The notes under the pieces: model-generated | Databases searched by the model: none | What the model was told of the DNA's origin: nothing | The model's input: only the letters and a program-made list of their open reading frames with translations | Part shown: positions 59,698 through 64,000 of the stretch, piece by piece | Position numbering within the stretch: position 1 is the first letter of the stretch | Layout of the letters: each line of letters starts with the position of its first letter | Program-made: the position numbers and the translations under genes | Source of the DNA: Protoeuglena noctilucae | Taxonomy: Eukaryota | Direction of reading: 5' to 3' | Assembly: GCA_958009085.1 (NCBI GenBank) | Contig: OY253682.1 | Span: forward strand, 496,001 to 560,000 | Length of the DNA stretch: 64,000 bases

Positions 59698-62362
59698 TCA
59701 GAGGATCTTGCGCTTTTTGGCGAAACGCCAGAGCAGCCAGCAGATGACCGCGCATCCGGCGACGATGCACAGGGACACCCCGTAGAACCCCGCGGTGCTC
59801 TCTTCGAATTTGGACCGCAGGTTCATCCCGAAGATACCAGAGACGCACGCCCCGATGGCCGCCGCGAAGCTCCCGATGCTGCGTGTGGACAGGGCGACAC
59901 GCTTGTTGTACCACTCATGTACCACGGATCTCCACCCCATGCTATGCTCTCTACGCGTATCCTCGTCGCTTACCTCGCAGACGGGCATGCCATCGCTCCA
60001 CCACGCCACGCTGAGCCATTGGCCACGCTAACATGCCGGTATCGTGCCACAACCCCTGCCGCTCACCTGAGCATGAGCTCCAATCGGATGACAGCGAGTC
60101 GCCGAGCGCTGAGGGACACGGCGATCGACTCCTCCATGTCTCGGGCGCTGGCCAGCAGCCGCTCGGCTTCGGATTGCGTCGACGCGGCACGCTGCATGTA
60201 ATACTCCAGGAGATCCTCGACCTCCTCCAGCTCTTGCTCTTCTATCTGCGAAACACAGCGACTCGCGAGCACTCGCGCGGGAGCATTTACAGAGCACGCG
60301 CATCAACGAAACGCAAGGTGCACGCGGCGACCCATGTCAACAGCGGGGTAAGCGCACCTCTGCGTCTTCCAGTTGCTGAATGGCGTCGTCCACTTCGGCG
60401 TCGTACGTCTCCGTGTCGCTGCCGCCCGCGACGCCTCCGCGCAACGCGAGCGCGTCCCCCTTGCCTGGCCCCTCTGTGGCGGTCCGGCCGCTGCGTGCGC
60501 AAAACGACGGCGGGTGCTCTTAGGGCCGGCGAGGCGCACAGGGCGACCCTCGCCAGCCCCGCCCAGGTTGAACCACGCATGCAGGCCCGGGCTAGCGTGG
60601 TAGTAGAGCACATCAATAAAATGCCTCACCTGTCGGACATCCCCGGCGATGACGCTGCTCCAGACAAGGCCCACCGCTCGTCAATCTGCCGCTGCGCACG
60701 CTGGTCCCTCTGCGGGAGTGCCAGCACTGGGGCAGTCGTCGCAGCAGGTGGTGCTCCCGACGTGACACATCGCTGCGTTCTCTGACACCGTCCGAGCACT
60801 GCTCGCCCCGACCACCTCACCTCGCGCTCCAGCCTCTCGCGCTCCCGGAGCCTCCGCTTCTCCTCCCGCACAGGCCGACTGCTCAGGTTGAAATCACGCA
60901 GCTCGTCCACGTCGTCCAGCACCTCCTCCAGCAGCTGCACCAGCGTCTCAGCTCGGCTCTCCAGCTGCGAGTCATACAGGGCGCTCATGTATAGAGGTGA
61001 GGTACATGTATGGTCGACGCAACCAGTGGCAGCCAATGCGCGTCCACGGTTTCCACGTCACGGTCAGATAAGGGGCCTTCATTTCGCAACGCCGGGTGCC
61101 GCACTTCCGCCCGCATGCTGTTCCCGGCTGCCAGGTGACCTGGCGTCCCAGCGCCTCACCTCCACCAACGAGCTCTTGATCCTCCGGAGCTCGTCCAGGT
61201 TGAGCGGCGTGGCTTCCGTGATGAGCTTCCCAAGCACCTCAGACACCTTGGAGCTCACGGACACCAGCTCCCCGTCCAGCTTGTTCGTGGCCACCACCAG
61301 CGCCCCCTCCATCATCTCCAGCTCAAACGGCACGTGCGGCGTGTCCTGGCCGTCCTGGGAACGGCCAAAAGGGGTGGGTGGCGGGGGTTGAGATAGCCAG
61401 AAGCCTGGATGTCGCACACGCGGCGGCGTAGACACGCAGGTGCACACAGCTCGTGGACTTCCTCAGAAACCCTGCGATGCATGCTTGCCCTGCAATATCA
61501 CGCATGTTCTCGCATGTCACATGGTACATCTTGGAGTGTCCACCCAGGTGCGTGTGGCGCGTGCGCCGCAAATCGTGCCCCTGCTGCCCCAGCTTAGGAA
61601 GGACCGTCTGCGAGGGCGGCGTGACCAGAGCGTCGCCCGGCGATGGGTACGCTCGGCTGCAGCGGGGGCGGCTCAGCAGAGCACGGCGAACGACAGTTGC
61701 AGTGTCGCTGCGGCTCCCGAGCCTCCATGGCCTCTCGCCTGGATGTACCGCTGGGACGACGGATTGGACGGCTCGAAGACGAGAGTCGTGTCGGCCGTGA
61801 TGATGAGCCGCACGCCAGCCACGTTCACCAAAAGGACCTTCTCACGAGGCATCAGCGTGGGCGACGTCCTGCACAGGCGCCGGGGATCCAGGATTACGAG
61901 GTGAATAGCGCGGATAACGGGCCGGGCGCGCAAACTGGCGGCTGCCGGGTGGCCCCGCGCCTCGTGACGGAGAGGGTCGGGTCGATGCGCCGGAGGTCGC
62001 GAGGGAGGAGGTCGAACTGCCGGATGAGGTCGCGCCGGCGCAGGTAGAGACGCCGCGTTTTCCCCGATCGATCGATTCGGACCACCTGCGGGAGGCGCGG
62101 GCGGCGCGATCGGCGCCGGCGTCCAGGGCTAGCTGCGATATCCAGCCGTGCTGCCGCCACTCGCCTCGTACACCGCGCGCCCCACGGAGACGCCCTGGGA
62201 CCCGTCGCTTGCGTCTCCTTCCGAATCGAACAGCTCCGGCAGCAGATCGACGTGGCCATGGCCCATCCCAGCAGCCAGGTCGTCCGCCGCTGGTGTGGCA
62301 TGGTGGTCGTGTGGGCTCCGGTGCTCACCGACCCTCGCCGCGTCCCTCTTCGTTTGCTGCAA
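59698..62362 (-). CDS. MRS2: MRS2/CorA-family Mg2+ transporter, multi-exon; 5' end not resolved
   Basis: RRDLIRQFDLLPRDLRRIDP; VPFELEMMEGAL; LDELRRIKSSLVE; EVEDLLEYY; two C-terminal TM helices with GIFGMNL (GMN motif). Confidence 0.88.
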
Positions 62363-64000
62363 AGCAAGTGAAGCTTGCAGTTACCACCACTCTCCGGCGG
62401 GCGATGCCCTCGCGCGATGGCAGCTGCCTGGGCCACGAACCTTGGCCGAGCTCCAAATTTCGCTGAGGATGGGGTCCCGGGATGGACTCGCCGCCACCAC
62501 ACCGTCCTCATGCGCCACGCCCCGGCGTCCACGTCTCAGCGGCAGCTTGTCCCTGGCGCAGAAGTGCGGGCTCCGCAGGTCCCGGACCTGCAGTGCAATA
62601 TGCGTGGAAAAAAGTCACGCGTGGAGCCGCCGACCAGTATGCCGATTGGGTACGACGTGACGAGGCCCATCGCCTTCCCGCTGAGGCCAGCTCAGCGCCC
62701 AGCCTTTCAAAAGGCCCTCACAACTTGTCGTCGTCGCTATCTCGGGAGGGCCCGCGCGAGGCGTCATGCGGATATGACACGAACGTTGCCTAAAGTCACC
62801 TGTCTTGGTGCGACACGTCCCCCGTCCAGCGCACGGGCGCGCAAGGCGCCCTGGTTGCACGCGGCCAATCTCCCCGTCCACCGCGCTCGCGCGGAGGTCC
62901 CCGCCTCCATTTCAGCCACCGGCGCGGACCACAGACTTCCACTTGCTCTCTCCCCTGCACGAGAAGGCTCGGCGGCGGAGTGCGGCCGCAGATCGGCTGC
63001 TTGCGACGCAGCATTCAGTTGCACGCCGGCGGAACGCCGACTGCTTCGCAGCATCGCACACGGCGGCCTCCGACGCAAAAAGCATGTCGCGAAACGCTCT
63101 CCCGATCGCCTGACCTGGCTCGTAGACCAGCCGCGCAGGGGGGACGCACCTGCCCAAGTGGCCGTTCCCGCCGCAGCCCGGCCCGCAGGTGCTGCGTGCG
63201 CGGGTGGCTTGCGAATAGATGTTGTGGATGTTTGCCAGCTGTCAGGCCCGAGACGACGTCGTCGCTGGCCTGCTGGGGGCGCGGCGAGTGCAGCCAGCGA
63301 AGCCTGACGGTGTGTCCCCACGACGACGGCGCTCGACAACGCTATCTGCGCTAGGGATGGAGTGGCACTCCCGCTTTCTCACGCGAGTACCGCTTCCGCG
63401 GGGGAGCCAACGGCCGAGCCATTCGTTCTGGCGGCAACATCTGGCGAAAGAATTCGCGTTTTTGGCGCGACGGCGAGGTCATGCCTCGCGCTCTCCATTC
63501 ACTCCTTCCGTTTCCGCGTCAGCGAGCCCACTCAGGAGGCGCTCCATGATTCACTCGCTCGCCCCTCAGGTGACGCGGAGCGCAGCATGCCGACGTTCGA
63601 CACATCGGGCGGCCCAATGGCATCTGGCCGATCGCCACGCTTCTTTCCGACCTTGCGTTTTTTGGAAGCGGCCACGTCGAGTCTGCTCGACTGCCCGCGG
63701 TGCCTGCGGCGAGGGGCGAGCCGGTCGCGGTTGCCCGCCGAAGCATCGCCTGGTTTCCGCACCGATGCCCGTGCGGCGATGCGCTGGGAGTAGGATCTGG
63801 ACGTTCGTACCAGAGGCGCCCAAAAACGCGGCGCAAAGGCGCCGTCGCTGGTGGCCTGGGCGCATTCATCTGGTTGCCATGAATGAGGTCACGCCCGCCG
63901 CCGCGCGCGCCCCGGCCTTGGGGGGTACTGGAGACTCTGCGGTTGCATTTATACTTCCATTTTGGGTCCCCACCTGACGCGCGGAGCTGGGTTTCGCTGA

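Noticed and set aside
62375..63977. Long ORFs at the window end
   Set aside because: No coding-like codon bias or motifs. Probably MRS2 5' region or intergenic DNA.

Overview
This is GC-rich, gene-dense eukaryotic nuclear DNA with short spliceosomal introns. It is most likely from a flagellated green alga, judging by nuclear psbP, psaE and plastid clpC with transit peptides, radial-spoke head RSP4/6, a four-domain Cav channel and a MAK kinase. About 15 ordinary genes are recognisable: purL 3' end, Cav, NHX, a coiled-coil protein, WDR75/UTP17, PP4c, MAK, VPS16, a cupredoxin, clpC, psbP, RSP4/6, psaE, pyruvate carboxylase and MRS2. The standout region is 1533-10545. A tRNA-Pro(TGG) gene is followed by an ~8.8 kb stack of nested, same-orientation non-LTR retroelements, whose reconstructed insertion points all lie ~70-100 bp downstream of the tRNA. 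The stack has three parts. First, two >99% identical copies of a ~786 bp non-coding element whose 5' end folds into an HDV-like (nested double-pseudoknot) ribozyme; the fold is intact only in copy 1, and the predicted cut site coincides with the element's 5' boundary. Second, a 5'-truncated L1/Tx1-like LINE with an archaeal-type RNase H placed between the RT and the zinc finger, plus a ~3 kb 3' region. Third, an older relic. The short element and the LINE share a covarying, structured 3' module ending in (CAT)n, and the relic is a decayed copy of that module. Together they suggest a tRNA-targeting, ribozyme-released LINE/non-autonomous-partner system; this is inference and I cannot establish novelty without searches. 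Secondary observations are frequent GC-AG introns and a cupredoxin lacking its C-terminal His copper ligand. All coordinates and alignments were read by eye, and the 5' ends of some genes are uncertain.
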